From: Cyanophora paradoxa CCMP329
Taxonomy: Eukaryota > Plantae > Glaucophyta
Assembly (NCBI GenBank): GCA_004431415.1
Contig: QPMI01000682.1
Coordinates: 62,001 to 126,000 of the forward strand
DNA: 64,000 nt
Direction: 5' to 3'
Part shown: piece after piece, positions 44,028 to 55,900 of the stretch
How positions within the stretch are numbered: position 1 is the first letter of the stretch
Layout: every line of letters starts with the position of its first letter
The notes under the pieces: generated by a model
Database searches by the model: none
What the model saw: only the letters and a program-made list of their open reading frames with translations
Told to the model about the DNA's origin: nothing
Translations under genes and position numbers: made by a program

Positions 44028-45398
44028 TTACAGATTGATTCGCCTCAGGCCGTCCTTATCGACTATAATGAAACTGTGCATGAGAGCACGAACATTAACA
44101 GTGATTGTCTGGTCAGAAGGCATGTATAGAGTGAGGAAAGAGGAGGAGGAGTTCGTGAGATCAACATAGCCAGACTGGGCAATGTTGCGAATCGCTTTCT
44201 CTCCATCAACACAGAATGGTAGACCACTGAGGACATATTTGTCTGCAACCTTGTCCATATTCGAGCACTTGAAGGCATCCGCAATTAATTCGGCACCTTT
44301 GAGGAGAGGAATTGGCTCAGTAGCATAGAGACGTTGACCATTAATTTCAACAGTGAAAGTGATGTCTTTTGAGTTAGCATGCGTTTTTAGGACACTGTGG
44401 GAACCATTGAAACCATCAATACCTGCGGCATCACGAACTGAAACAAGAAGACCATAGACAAGACCAGAGATCTGTGACAGGTTAATACGATTTGGTTGAG
44501 CATTTCCTTTTGCAGCAAAATTGACACTGTCAACAAAACCAATATCCAGAGCAGGAATAGCCATACCAGTGGTCTTCACCTTCTCAATGACAGTAGCAAA
44601 CAGTTCATCAGAAACATTAATAGCATGCATGTAAAGACGAGGAGAAGTGACTTTAATTTCGGGGGTTGTTGTTGCACCAATTCCAAAAGTGGTGATTTGT
44701 TGACCAACATGGGCAAGAGTAGCATTAGCAGTAGCACCAAGTCCATCATCCTCTGTCTTATCAGCAGCTGTTCCACCAACAACAGGGAGAGAGCGACCAC
44801 CATAAGAAGTCTCAACATAACCCTTTCCAGCATCCTTGAACCAGACAGTAACAACCATTTCACCAGATAAAGCACCAAGGGGAAGATATTGATTTAGCCA
44901 AGGCACTGGGATTTCAACGAAAAATGAGCCACCAAGTCGGTTGGTTCCATGAGCAGGGATACCATGAACCATGCCCATTGAGCGTTTCTTTTTAGCTAGT
45001 TGATCCTCCGAATAATAGACCAGGGGGAAATGAGCAAGGAAATCAGAAGGGATGTGGTAGGTGTAAGATCCATAGGTAATTTCAAGTCGCTGAACTAAAG
45101 CACCAACTGGGCGAGTGTATCCATTGCGAACTAGATCTTCACCAGCAAAAGTGACAGCTGGAAGGTCAAACGCAAGTTCGAGTTTTCCACAGAAATTGTA
45201 GCGAGGGAGCTTGAAAGAAATGCGATTTCCAGCATTATTCTCGAAAGTGTTGCTTGGGTTCACAACAACAAGAACTGGCTTCGACTTGGATTCAAGACCA
45301 AGCATGAGAGAGTTGTCCAAGAAGAACGCCTTGGCTTCTTCCGGGGTTGTTAGAGCTTCTTTCAGAGAAAGACGTTGGAGGGTCGAAGTAATATCCAT
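44028..45398 (-). CDS. Major capsid protein (probable double jelly-roll) of B, intact 456 aa
   Basis: ISFKLPR...LELAFDLP...LVQRLEITYGS beta-rich pattern; highly conserved across A, B and D; next to penton and ATPase. Confidence 0.75.
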   Translation of the reverse strand: MDITSTLQRLSLKEALTTPEEAKAFFLDNSLMLGLESKSKPVLVVVNPSNTFENNAGNRISFKLPRYNFCGKLELAFDLPAVTFAGEDLVRNGYTRPVGALVQRLEITYGSYTYHIPSDFLAHFPLVYYSEDQLAKKKRSMGMVHGIPAHGTNRLGGSFFVEIPVPWLNQYLPLGALSGEMVVTVWFKDAGKGYVETSYGGRSLPVVGGTAADKTEDDGLGATANATLAHVGQQITTFGIGATTTPEIKVTSPRLYMHAINVSDELFATVIEKVKTTGMAIPALDIGFVDSVNFAAKGNAQPNRINLSQISGLVYGLLVSVRDAAGIDGFNGSHSVLKTHANSKDITFTVEINGQRLYATEPIPLLKGAELIADAFKCSNMDKVADKYVLSGLPFCVDGEKAIRNIAQSGYVDLTNSSSSFLTLYMPSDQTITVNVRALMHSFIIVDKDGLRRINL

Positions 45399-45451
45399 GA
45401 TTATCTCTTTTATTATACTGCAACATAAAAATTCACCAATGATCCTTGATT

Positions 45452-46462
45452 TTACGCAAAATTCGCAATTACAGGATAAGATGGATGGGTTTCCGCCATT
45501 CTCCTCTTGAAGTATTCGTACACAGGATCACCAGCAGGTTCATCACCATATCGAATTTCGAAGGTGAGGTGCACAGGTTGACCCTCGAAATCAATTGGTT
45601 CATTAACTGCATTCACAATGTCAACCGAAAATGTGGAAAGTCCCAGATTCTTGTTATAGTATTTATAAATCGGATGGGCTTCTGTCGAATTATAAACGAC
45701 ATGCTCACCATAATCTTTATCAGGAACCACGATTTTGTGGAAATATCCAGTGAGGAGACCATCACCACATTGCACAAGATCACCCAGCTCCTTTACTCTC
45801 ACAAATAGGACACTATCCCTGGTCTTCTCGGGTTCAAATGAAGATATAATACCATGCACCATCGACCCAGTGAAGATACCATCAGTAAGAGTATTGTACA
45901 CCTGTGATTGGATTGGTGTGTTACCATATCTCCCAGGATCAAGACCAAGCAGTCGAGCAGAACTCAAAAACCTCTGAATCTGTGCCTGGGTTGGGTTAAT
46001 TGCGGTTGAGAAAGCCAGGTAAAACGGTATGGTGGAATGGAATATTACTCGTTTCAGTGTATCATCCCATTTGCAACGAATAGCTACTGCTGGTTCTCTC
46101 AATGCAAGTTTGGAGTTAATTACATTCACCAGTTGTTGGTGGTTTTGAATGGGTGTGCTGCGACTTATCACAATGTGTTTCCATGATTCATAATCAGCAG
46201 CAGGTCGATCAGTTGGAATACCAGTGCTTCCTGCACCAGAAAGATATTCAGACCAATAAAGGTAGAATGCATTATCTATTGTCACATCTCCTACTTTGGT
46301 TTCACCACTCACCATGGGGATGCTGTTATAGAATTCTGCTGAGACCAGTCTTACTGCTCTTACAAATTCATATGTGCTGGGGAGGCGAGCAATAAAACTC
46401 GAAGTAGGTCCATCTCCCGAAATTGTATTGAAAGAGCTCACTTCAATGTAATCCACAGGCAT
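45452..46462 (-). CDS. Minor capsid (penton-like) protein 1 of B
   Basis: IEVSS...SSFIARLP..Y..VRAVRLVSAEFYNS; C-terminal IDFEG..VHLTFEI. Confidence 0.75.
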   Translation of the reverse strand: MPVDYIEVSSFNTISGDGPTSSFIARLPSTYEFVRAVRLVSAEFYNSIPMVSGETKVGDVTIDNAFYLYWSEYLSGAGSTGIPTDRPAADYESWKHIVISRSTPIQNHQQLVNVINSKLALREPAVAIRCKWDDTLKRVIFHSTIPFYLAFSTAINPTQAQIQRFLSSARLLGLDPGRYGNTPIQSQVYNTLTDGIFTGSMVHGIISSFEPEKTRDSVLFVRVKELGDLVQCGDGLLTGYFHKIVVPDKDYGEHVVYNSTEAHPIYKYYNKNLGLSTFSVDIVNAVNEPIDFEGQPVHLTFEIRYGDEPAGDPVYEYFKRRMAETHPSYPVIANFA

Positions 46463-46490
46463 CTTCTTTTATCTATAAACATATATTAAA

Positions 46491-47419
46491 ATGATTCGGC
46501 TGGTCAATATAGATAGCAGAGACCGATCAGATGGACAAATAGAAAACTCCTACAAAGTTTCACTCACAACCCAGTGACCAAACCAAGAGAATGTCGAGTT
46601 TTGTATGCAGAGATCCCAACAGCATCTATAACTCCATTGGAACAGACCACCTTCTTGTCAGATTCTACTACCAAGGCATCTCTGAAACCAAGCAGGTCTT
46701 CCTTCTCCCAAGTGGTTACATAAATCAAGGTCATTTCGGGGTCACCACTCCATATAATTATGGTCTGAATTTCACATTTACTGGAGCAACAATCTCACAT
46801 ATGCATTCAAGGTCTACTACAACCCTACCTCCTACAAATTGGAGTTTTACAGTAATGTTCAATTCGATATGGTTGCATCTACACAGAGATTGGGTAAACT
46901 TCTTGGTGTGAGTTCAGTGGAGTGGGTGGCTTCCACTGAACAGATTTACGATTTCCCAGAGTCTGCAAGGTCTTTATATGCCCCGAGAATTTCCTTTATT
47001 TCGCAGGAATACCAATCACCCCAAACCATCCCCAATGGGGAATCACATTCACAGGATATGAATTCGAGGCATCTCGCTTAAACTACAAGTTAGAAGCTTC
47101 CAAGATGACAGATATGAATGCAGAACAGTATTTATACATGCACATTAAAGAACTCTCCCCATTTGCTACAAACCACAATAATGTCCCACAATCTCAACCA
47201 CAGAATCAAGGAGCGATTCTCAGATTGCAATTAAGTAAAGATATTGGACAGTATGTTTATCACAGTGGAGAGCACAGTGAATACATAAAAATAACCGATC
47301 GAAACCTTGTGATTAGAGAGTTAACAGTTGAGTTTCGCGATTATTATGGTGATCTTGTAGATATGAATGGAATTGACAACTCATTCCAGTTAGAGTTCTT
47401 GGCTATTGGTAATGATTAA
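46491..47419 (+). pseudogene. Minor capsid protein 2 of B, frameshifted
   Basis: MIRLVNIDSRDR start; near-identical to A's copy, with single-base indels. Confidence 0.75.
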
Positions 47420-47871
47420 ACCGATCCTGATAGAAGAACTCCCCATCTGTCTCGAAAATATTAAGAATGGGACTCTTTCGATCTTCTGTATACCATCGGC
47501 GAATTGTCTTATCCCATTTAGCACCATTCTTTTTCAAGAATCTACAAAGAGTTGATCTCCTTGTAATTCGCAATCCCATCTCTTGAAAGATCTCATAATG
47601 ATCTTGTATTCTTTTCACAATCAAGATGTAAGTCCCATGGAAATTGTGATATTGCTGGTTAATCGGCATGTTTCCTTTACAGCATGATGGGAAATCGTTT
47701 GTCATTTTTTGGCGAAACGAGAGTATCTCATGAGATAGATGAGAGAATAACAGGTGTGTTTTCAGGGTTGGAGAAATCGGAGAAACATAGAGTATTGCGA
47801 TTTCCGAGTTACTTGACACTGAGAAATTCAGAATTTCAGATGGTCTTACTGAAAATGGTCAGATAATCGGG

Positions 47872-48308
47872 TGTGACACCTATTTAATTGACTGTGACGC
47901 CTCTTTAATTGACTGTGACGCCTGTGACGCCTGTGACGCCTACTTTCAAACTTTCTAAAATTTTCAAAAATGACAGACTTCTGAAAACAGCCGTCACAGC
48001 CGTCACAGGCGTCACACCCAATTAAAAATGGAATCTATCTCTCTTACTGGGATATTCAAAAATATATTCTTGTCTTACTGAAATCCGTCTTGTGACACCT
48101 CTGACACCTACAAAACACTATCCATTAATCCACCTTTTCGAAAATGCGAAGTTGTCTTACTGGAAATGGTCTGCAATTTCGCTGTGACACCTAATTTAAT
48201 TGAGTGTGACGCCTGTGACGCCTGTGACACCTACTTTCAAACTTTTTAAAATTTTCAAAAATGACAGACTTCTGAAAACAGGCGTCACAGCCGTCACAGG
48301 CGTCACAG
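47872..48308. promoter_or_regulatory. Two origin-like iteron cassettes (GTGACG/CGTCAC) in the terminal region of B
   Basis: (ct)gtgacgcc repeats, AT-rich spacer, then cgtcaca x3, at 47872-48017 and 48183-48308. Confidence 0.6.
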
Positions 48309-48627
48309 ACATTCTGCCCCCCTTACTACTCTTCTCAAAAACAGAAATATATCTTACTGAATATCATTTGAATACTATCTGTCACACTTGATTTCATTTA
48401 TTCTGTTTTATAGAACATCTGCAATCTAATCGATTGATCAATTGGAGACCATGCAACTCTGTGACACTTTTTCGGTGCAAAAATGTAAATCCGCAATCTC
48501 ATCGATTGTTTAATTGGACGTGATGCAGTTCCGATATATTCCAATAGAAAATCGCGCAATCTCTTCAATTGTTTAATTGGACATAATGCAACTCTGTGAC
48601 ACTTTTTCGGTGCAAATATGTACATCA

Positions 48628-48690
48628 ATATTAGTTTTTCAATATGTGTGGCATTAAACGAGGGATTTAAATTAGTTTTTCAATATGTGT
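48628..48690. repeat. Degenerate terminus of B
   Basis: Outer arm aacgagggatttaaattagtttttcaatatgtgt differs from A by one base. The inner arm is replaced by a direct duplication that includes 4 nt of the flank (ggca). Confidence 0.8.
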
Positions 48691-49377
48691 GGCAAGTGTA
48701 GCATTAGCAGTATCACCAAGACCATCATCTTCTGTCTTATCAGCAGCTGTCCCACCAACAACAGGGAGAGAGCGACCACCATAGGAAGTTTCAACATAAC
48801 CCTTTCCAGCATCCTTAAACCAAACAGTAACAACCATTTCACCAGATAAAGCACCAAGGGGAAGATAGTGATTTAGCCAAGGCACTGGGATTTCAACGAA
48901 AAATGAGCCACCAAGTCGGTTGGTTCCATGAGCAGGGATACCATGAACCATGCCCATTGAGCGTTTCTTTTTAGCTAGTTGATCCTCCGAATAATAGACC
49001 AGGGGGAAATGAGCAAGGAAATCAGAAGGGATGTGGTAGGTGTAAGATCCATAGGTAATTTCAAGTCGCTGAACTAAAGCACCAACTGGGCGAGTGTATC
49101 CATTGCGAACTAGATCTTCACCAGCAAAAGTGATGGCTGGTAGGTCGAAAGCAAGTTCGAGTTTTCCACAGAAATTGTAGCGAGGTAGCTTGAAGGAAAT
49201 GCGATTTCCAACATTATTCTCAAAAGTATTGCTGGGATTCACAACAACTAGAACTGGCTTAGACTTGGATTCGAGACCAAGCATAAGGGAGTTATCCAGG
49301 AAAAAGGCTTTCGCCTCCTCTGGGGTTCTTAGGGCTTCTTTCAGCGAAAGTCTTTGAAGAGTGGAAGTGATATCCAT
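48691..49377 (-). pseudogene. 5' half of the MCP of D, interrupted by B
   Basis: Homology ends at ANATLA, exactly at B's terminus. Confidence 0.88.
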
Positions 49378-49430
49378 GATATTCTCTTTTATTATACTGC
49401 AACATAAAAAATCTACCAATGATCCTTAAT

Positions 49431-50441
49431 TTATGCGAAGCTTGTAATTACTGGATAGGAAGGGTGAAGCTGTGACATTCGCATCTTAAAGTATTCATAA
49501 ACTGGGTCCCCAGCTGGCTCATCATCATAGCGAATTTCAAAGGTCAGATGAACAGGTTGACCCTCAAAATCAATTGGTTCATTTACAGCATTAACAATAT
49601 CAACCGAGAAAGTGGATAATCCAACCTTCTTATTATAATATTTGTAAAGTGGGTGAGCTTCTGTTGAATTGTAAACAACATGCTCACCATAGTCTTTATC
49701 AGGGACCACTATTTTGTGAAAGTAACCAGTCAGAAGACCATCCCCACATTGAACCAGATCACCCAGCTCCTTTACTCTCACAAACAAAACACTGTCCCTG
49801 GTCTTCTCAGGCTCAAAAGAAGATAGAATACCGTTAACTCGAGTCCCAGTAAAGATACCATCAGTGAGAGCATCATAAACTTGTGATTGGATTGAGGAAT
49901 TGCCATATCTTCCAGGATCAAGACCAAGCAGTCTACCTGAACTCAATAGCTTTTGAATTTTTTGCAGGTTTGGATTTACAGCAAGTGAGAAAGCCAGGTA
50001 AAAAGGTTTTTCGGAATGGAATACTATTCGTTTCAGTGACTCATCCCATTTGCAGCGAAGAGATGGTTTAGGATTTTTTAAATCGAACTTTTCATTAATA
50101 ACATTCACCAGTTGTTGGTGGCTTTGAATGGGGGCTTTGCGACTTATAATGATTTGTTTCCACTGTTCAAAGTCCTCAGCTGGGCGAACTGTGGGGATAC
50201 CATCAATTCCAGCTCCCGCATATTGTTCAGAATAATAAATACTAAATGAATTGTCAATTGTCACATCTCCTACTTTGGTTTCACCACTCACCATAGGGAT
50301 GCTGTTATAAAATTCGGCTGATACCAGTCTCACAGCCCTCACATTCTCATAAGAACTGGGGAGTCTAGCCACAAAGCTTGATGTGGGACCATCACCAGAG
50401 ATTGTATTAAATGAGCTAACCTCGATGTAATCCACAGGCAT
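49431..50441 (-). CDS. Minor capsid protein 1 of D
   Basis: Orthologue of 45452..46462 with a diverged central region. Confidence 0.75.
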   Translation of the reverse strand: MPVDYIEVSSFNTISGDGPTSSFVARLPSSYENVRAVRLVSAEFYNSIPMVSGETKVGDVTIDNSFSIYYSEQYAGAGIDGIPTVRPAEDFEQWKQIIISRKAPIQSHQQLVNVINEKFDLKNPKPSLRCKWDESLKRIVFHSEKPFYLAFSLAVNPNLQKIQKLLSSGRLLGLDPGRYGNSSIQSQVYDALTDGIFTGTRVNGILSSFEPEKTRDSVLFVRVKELGDLVQCGDGLLTGYFHKIVVPDKDYGEHVVYNSTEAHPLYKYYNKKVGLSTFSVDIVNAVNEPIDFEGQPVHLTFEIRYDDEPAGDPVYEYFKMRMSQLHPSYPVITSFA

Positions 50442-50470
50442 TCTTCTTTTATCTATATTTATATATTAAA

Positions 50471-51403
50471 ATGAATCGACTTGTTAATATTGATAGCTGG
50501 GATAGAAGCCAAGGGGAATCTGAAAACTCTTACAGGGTCACCCTCACAACTTCAGTAGAGAGACCAAGGGAATGCAGGGTTCTATATGCAGAGATTCCAA
50601 ACAGTATCTATAACAGTGTGGGAACTGATCATTTAACAGTTGATTTTAACTACCAAGATGGTTCATACAATGAAATCATCACACAGAAAGTGTATCCCCT
50701 TCCCAGTGGCTACATTAACCAGGGTCATTTTGGGGTCACACATCCCTATAATTATGGGCTGAACTATTCAAGCTTCAAAACCATTGCAGATAAAACTGTG
50801 TTTTTCGACTTCAAGATATTCTACAACCCAACAACCTATAAAGTGGAGTTTTACAGTAACCATGAGTTTCGTTTTATTGCAAGCAACAAGCGAATAGGGA
50901 AGCTTTTGGGTGTGAGTTCTACTGAATACACCACTGGGTATTATAGCACTCCTCCTGTTGGTGGATCTCCATATCGACCTGAGAACCTTTTAAAGTATGA
51001 TGGCAAACCTATTACACCTGATCACCCAGCATGGGGAATCACCTTCTCAGGACCCAGACTCTCCTCAAAGCCCTTGCAGTATTATTTCACCAGTAATAAG
51101 ATGTCTGATTTGAATGCTGAGCAGTATCTGTACATGCATATTAAAGAGCTTGCCCCCTTTGCAAGTAGACATAATATAATCCCGAAATCGCAACCACATA
51201 ACCAGGGAGCTATCCTTAGATTGCAATTGAGTAAAGATATAGGTGGCTATGTTTACCATAGTGGTGAGCATGCAGAATTCATTCAGATAAATGATAGAAA
51301 TTTGGTGATAAGGGAACTCACAGTTGAGTTTAAAGATTACTTTGGTGAACTGATTGATATGAATGGAATCGATAATTCGTTTCAGTTGGAGTGTATCGAA
51401 TAA
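50471..51403 (+). CDS. Minor capsid protein 2 of D (intact)
   Basis: NIDSWDR...VLYAEIPNSIYN...LTVEFKDYFGELIDMNG. Confidence 0.75.
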   Translation: MNRLVNIDSWDRSQGESENSYRVTLTTSVERPRECRVLYAEIPNSIYNSVGTDHLTVDFNYQDGSYNEIITQKVYPLPSGYINQGHFGVTHPYNYGLNYSSFKTIADKTVFFDFKIFYNPTTYKVEFYSNHEFRFIASNKRIGKLLGVSSTEYTTGYYSTPPVGGSPYRPENLLKYDGKPITPDHPAWGITFSGPRLSSKPLQYYFTSNKMSDLNAEQYLYMHIKELAPFASRHNIIPKSQPHNQGAILRLQLSKDIGGYVYHSGEHAEFIQINDRNLVIRELTVEFKDYFGELIDMNGIDNSFQLECIE

Positions 51404-52949
51404 AGGCACCTGTAAAGTCAACTCTCATTGTGGGAGCATTCACATACACAAGGGGATAAATGCGAATATATTTGATTCTGAGAGAATAACCTATGTAAAA
51501 AGCATCCTTGATGCTGAGAGGAAATCCACTCAATAGAGCCACATCACCAGAGTTGTGAGCATTGTTAATGTTCTCACAGACATATATTTTGTTTTGCCCA
51601 TCTGATCGAATAAAAGACCAGTTGATCCCATCAGTGGATGTTGCCACATTGAAAGTCTTAATAAAAGCATTTGTTTCCCCTGATCCATAGGCAATCACAG
51701 AGGAGAGTTCAAAAGTATATGGGAAAGCAACTTGAAGATATTCAGTGGGAGTTTCCCATATTTGTTCAGGAGCAAAGGCACCAGCTTCCCAGCCAAATGC
51801 TGAAGGTCTTGACATGAAAGGCTCTTTACCTGTCACAGAGGATGAGGCAGTAAAGGCATCATCTGCAAGCTGATACCAATTGGCATCCAAAGGAGGTGAT
51901 GTAGTGAGAGTGGATGAGATGTAAGCCTTTGTAGGGTTCTTTAGTTCATAGTTTGCTACTAGTAGGCTGCAAAGCTTATTAATCATATCATTGTTTGCTG
52001 CTATGTATGTTTCAGTGAATGCTAGCATATCTGGGATCTTAGAAGTGTCATCCAGGGAGCTTACTATGTGATTTGGAAGAGGGACTGATAACCTATAGTA
52101 TCTCCCATAATCCTGATCATAGTTGTAGGGTAACAACTCCTCCATCTTATCAAGGGCAGAAAGCTCACTTGCAGCCATGAGCATGTTAATCAATGGGCTT
52201 CCATCTGTTGAGGCAATCCATGAGAGAATGCCCCAGCTGTTGACAGTCTCATAAGCATAACCCACATAATCAGACTCTAAATGTGGGTCCACCTCTCCAC
52301 AAGAGATGCTTATTACTATAATGTCATCATCATCACTGTAAATCTTCTTTGCATGGCTGTAACCACACACACTGGGATTATTGTTTCCCGAAATGGCACC
52401 ATCAATGAGACAGACAAATACTCCCCGATTGAAATCAACAATGCTTACAGGAGAGAAATATGTAGGAGCAGCAGAAGTAGCCCTAGCAGCAATCTTACAA
52501 GGCATAAAGTTGTAGTTGTTGTCATTTGTGATAAATATTGGTTTCATATTCTGAGTATCAAAGGATGTAATCACAATGTCCTTTAGGGAATCCTGTATTA
52601 GTGATTCACCAGTAACGGAATTAATTGCAGTCTCCAAGGGTCCCACATCATACTTTGTGTTAAATAGGGCATTTTCGATGATATTTCGAGGATTTGCAAA
52701 AATCAAGGGCAGTTGAGTTAGGTAAATATTGTGTAAATCGTTTGCTGTCAGTTTAGGTTCACCTGGTTTATCAGGATGCCTGATATTCAAACCTATTGCA
52801 ATGATCCCACCAGTGGAAGTTCCACTTACAAGATCCACAAGATCGATTATTCTTCTGCCAGTTCGATTTTCGATTTCTTTTAGCAGCCTGGTTATGATAA
52901 TGCCCCTTGCACCCCCGCCAGAAAGACTTAAAACGATCTTCTGAGGCAT
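51330..52949 (-). CDS. Patatin-like phospholipase + F5/8C domain of D
   Basis: GGGARG, GTSTG, IDGA; KYIRIYP. Confidence 0.88.
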   Translation of the reverse strand: MPQKIVLSLSGGGARGIIITRLLKEIENRTGRRIIDLVDLVSGTSTGGIIAIGLNIRHPDKPGEPKLTANDLHNIYLTQLPLIFANPRNIIENALFNTKYDVGPLETAINSVTGESLIQDSLKDIVITSFDTQNMKPIFITNDNNYNFMPCKIAARATSAAPTYFSPVSIVDFNRGVFVCLIDGAISGNNNPSVCGYSHAKKIYSDDDDIIVISISCGEVDPHLESDYVGYAYETVNSWGILSWIASTDGSPLINMLMAASELSALDKMEELLPYNYDQDYGRYYRLSVPLPNHIVSSLDDTSKIPDMLAFTETYIAANNDMINKLCSLLVANYELKNPTKAYISSTLTTSPPLDANWYQLADDAFTASSSVTGKEPFMSRPSAFGWEAGAFAPEQIWETPTEYLQVAFPYTFELSSVIAYGSGETNAFIKTFNVATSTDGINWSFIRSDGQNKIYVCENINNAHNSGDVALLSGFPLSIKDAFYIGYSLRIKYIRIYPLVYVNAPTMRVDFTGAFIRYTPTETNYRFHSYQSVHQSNL

Positions 52950-52992
52950 CTTTTACTTATCAGGAATTTTATAAATCCATATAGTAAAAGCC

Positions 52993-55900
52993 ATGAGCTT
53001 CAATTACCCACCAAATCTAGAAACAATTCAAGATGATAATGCAAGCAGCACCAAGCATGTGAACTTTGATAATATTAAAGTAAAGGGTTCAGTTTCGATT
53101 GACCACAGTTCCGATAATTCATCTAAGACTCAATCAAGGGAGCATGCTTTATCTGTGAATCAAACCGATCCAGATAAGGAGGAAGTTAGTGTTGCTTTTA
53201 GCTTGGGTAATGTGAAAGCAAACCAAGTGGCAGAGATCAAAGCAACAAGAAGGAGACCTAGGAAACTAAAAACCAGTGGCACTCACCCAGATATACCTTC
53301 CAGGTTTGACAGTGGTCGTTTGGTTTTCAATGTTCAAGATGAGCAGGGCAAACAGAACACAGGTTTGCGAATTTACAATGAGGGCAGCACTGCAAAAGCT
53401 GAGGTCCCCCAAGTATTGCAAGTGGGTCCCATTGCCAATACAAATCAGGTCTCCTACACAAATGATGTCTACCCCAAGGATATTACATATGACTTTGCGA
53501 GGAATGAGCCTTTTGGGTTCTTTACTCCAAAAGATGTCCATAAAAAAGCCATCAATTACAATCAACAGTAGCCCCAGTCAGCCAGTAGCAATCCATTTAC
53601 ACCCTGATTTAGTCGAAATGGATAGGCACCTTTTGCCTTTGTATAGCAATGTGAAAGACCTTGGTATTAGAACCAGGCAATGGCGAAATATCCATGGCAG
53701 TAATGTGTATGCAAATGGTGAGAAGCTTGTAAGTGAGAAGACCATAAGAGAGATCTTTGAGTATTATGGACCTGTCCCAGTTCCCTTCCCTCTTCCATGG
53801 GATCCACCGGATTTAACACCGAAAAAGCAGCCTGGAAGAGAATACACAGCAACTGAAGATGTAGCCTTTGGGCAGCATATTGTGAGTTGGGAGCAAGTTC
53901 GCAATAAACCTATAATTGAACCAAGAAAGCAAATAGATGAGCAGTATTTACCTCCTGAAGTCGATATATTAGAGCTTGATGAATATCAATTCGTTCCAGA
54001 TGAGGAAGAGTATTTACCAGATGGTTTTGACCCACAAGAATATGAATATGATCAGTTTGATCCCAATGAGGAGGAGATACTACCAGATGGCTTAGATCCT
54101 CAAGAGTTTGAGTATGAGCAGAACTATGAACCCGATGAGGAGTATTTGCCAGATGGTCATGATCCACCAGCTGTTGACTATGAGCAACCTTATGAACCCC
54201 ATGAGGAATTGTTACCAGATGGATTTCGACCTGAGATCTGGGAATTCTTTCCTGATTATGAACAAATTAATAATAAACCTGCAAAGTATCCCCCAGAGGA
54301 TCACAATCATGATTGGGATGAGATCTTAGGCAAACCACAAAAGTATCCACCAGAGGATCACAGGCATGATTGGGGTGAAATTGATGGGATTCCAACTGAG
54401 TTTCCACCAAGCAAACATGAACATACTTGGGATGAGATAAATGACCAACCAGAATTTGCAAAGGTAGAGCCTCTTGATAACTTGGGAGTTTCTCTTTACC
54501 AGACTTGTAATGTCCCTGAAAGGATCTTTTTGAATGAACACTATGTTCATGTGAATGGGACACTTGCTAATTCAGCTATGAGAGGACCACTTCATATAAG
54601 GACATCACCAGGCTCTTTTGAAACCCCACCTGAACCAGGAGCAACCATACCAAATATCTTTGTGTCAAGCTACATAGAGGCTGATATACCCACAGATACT
54701 TTTAGAGTTCCAACAGACCCAGCAACCTACCAAAATTACAACTCAGCCATACAGGTTCATGTAACAGATGTCAGCCGCTTAGATGGATCAAGACCAATGA
54801 TAGTATTCAGCAGAGATAAATACTCCTACATTCCCATAGTGGGAACTGCAAATGATAACTATGGGAGGGCAGAGCTTGCATGGATTAAAACAGATTATGG
54901 TGGGGTTCTGGAAGCCAATCAGAGGATGGCTGCAAAAAACATACACAATGAAAATATTTCGAGAGTGGTCACAGAGGATTACCTTACTGCTGTTGTTCTT
55001 GTGAATATAGTCACCCTTGCTATGCTTGCAAATTATGTAACGAAAAATGAACTTGCTCTTGAATTGTCAAAGTATCTTCTCAAAACAGGTGGGACAATTA
55101 CTGGGGACCTTACTGTTACCAGTAACCTTTACACAAGTAACCTTTATGCAAGCAATATAACTGTCGATTTTCTTACTGTTACATCCAATGCAAGCCTTCC
55201 ACATCATCCAACTTCAAATGTTGTAGAAGGGTGGATCAGAAACCATACTCACACCAAAGACCAAATTATAGATTTTGATCACACACATGCCTGGTCAAAT
55301 ATTGTACACAAACCATTGACTTTTCCCCCAGATGATCACACACATGCCTGGTCGAATATTGTAGACCAACCTCTAACCTTCCCTCCTGATACTCACACTC
55401 ATGATTATACCCAAATCACCAACTGCAATCACAGACACCCTTGGAATGAAATAGATGAGCAACCCAAGTTTGCATCAACAGGCAATATTTGACAGACTTT
55501 GCAAATGGTGTGAGTCTCTACCAGAGTAATACCATACCTGAAAGGCTACAACTCAATGACTATTATGTAAATCGAAAGGGTAATGATGCAGGGACCACTA
55601 TGGAGGGTGAATTATACATCAGACCCCCTACAAGAATGCAGATGATTGCAGCAGGTGGAAATTTCGGAGCATTGGACACCAAACCAGGTATCTATTTAAC
55701 CAGTTACTATGCTGATGACATCCCAATGACAGGAGGATTAATATCTCTACCATCTGATCCAGTCAACTATGATGACAAAGATGCAGCAATCCAAATAAAT
55801 GTTACTGATGTGAGTGACTTAGATAGTTCAAGACCCAAATTAATATTCAGCAGGGAGAGATTGTTACCTGATGCTCTTTTAGGAAATCGAGATGACTACA

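Larger units (their letters stand above)
11328..48690 (-). mobile_element. Element B: partial Polinton-like virus in minus orientation, hosting A and C, inserted in the MCP of element D
   Basis: Removing A rejoins MCP (44028) to ATPase (17165) with the same intergenic sequence as in A (22155-22218). The terminus ...CAATATGTGT at 48690 abuts a truncated MCP. Confidence 0.88.
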
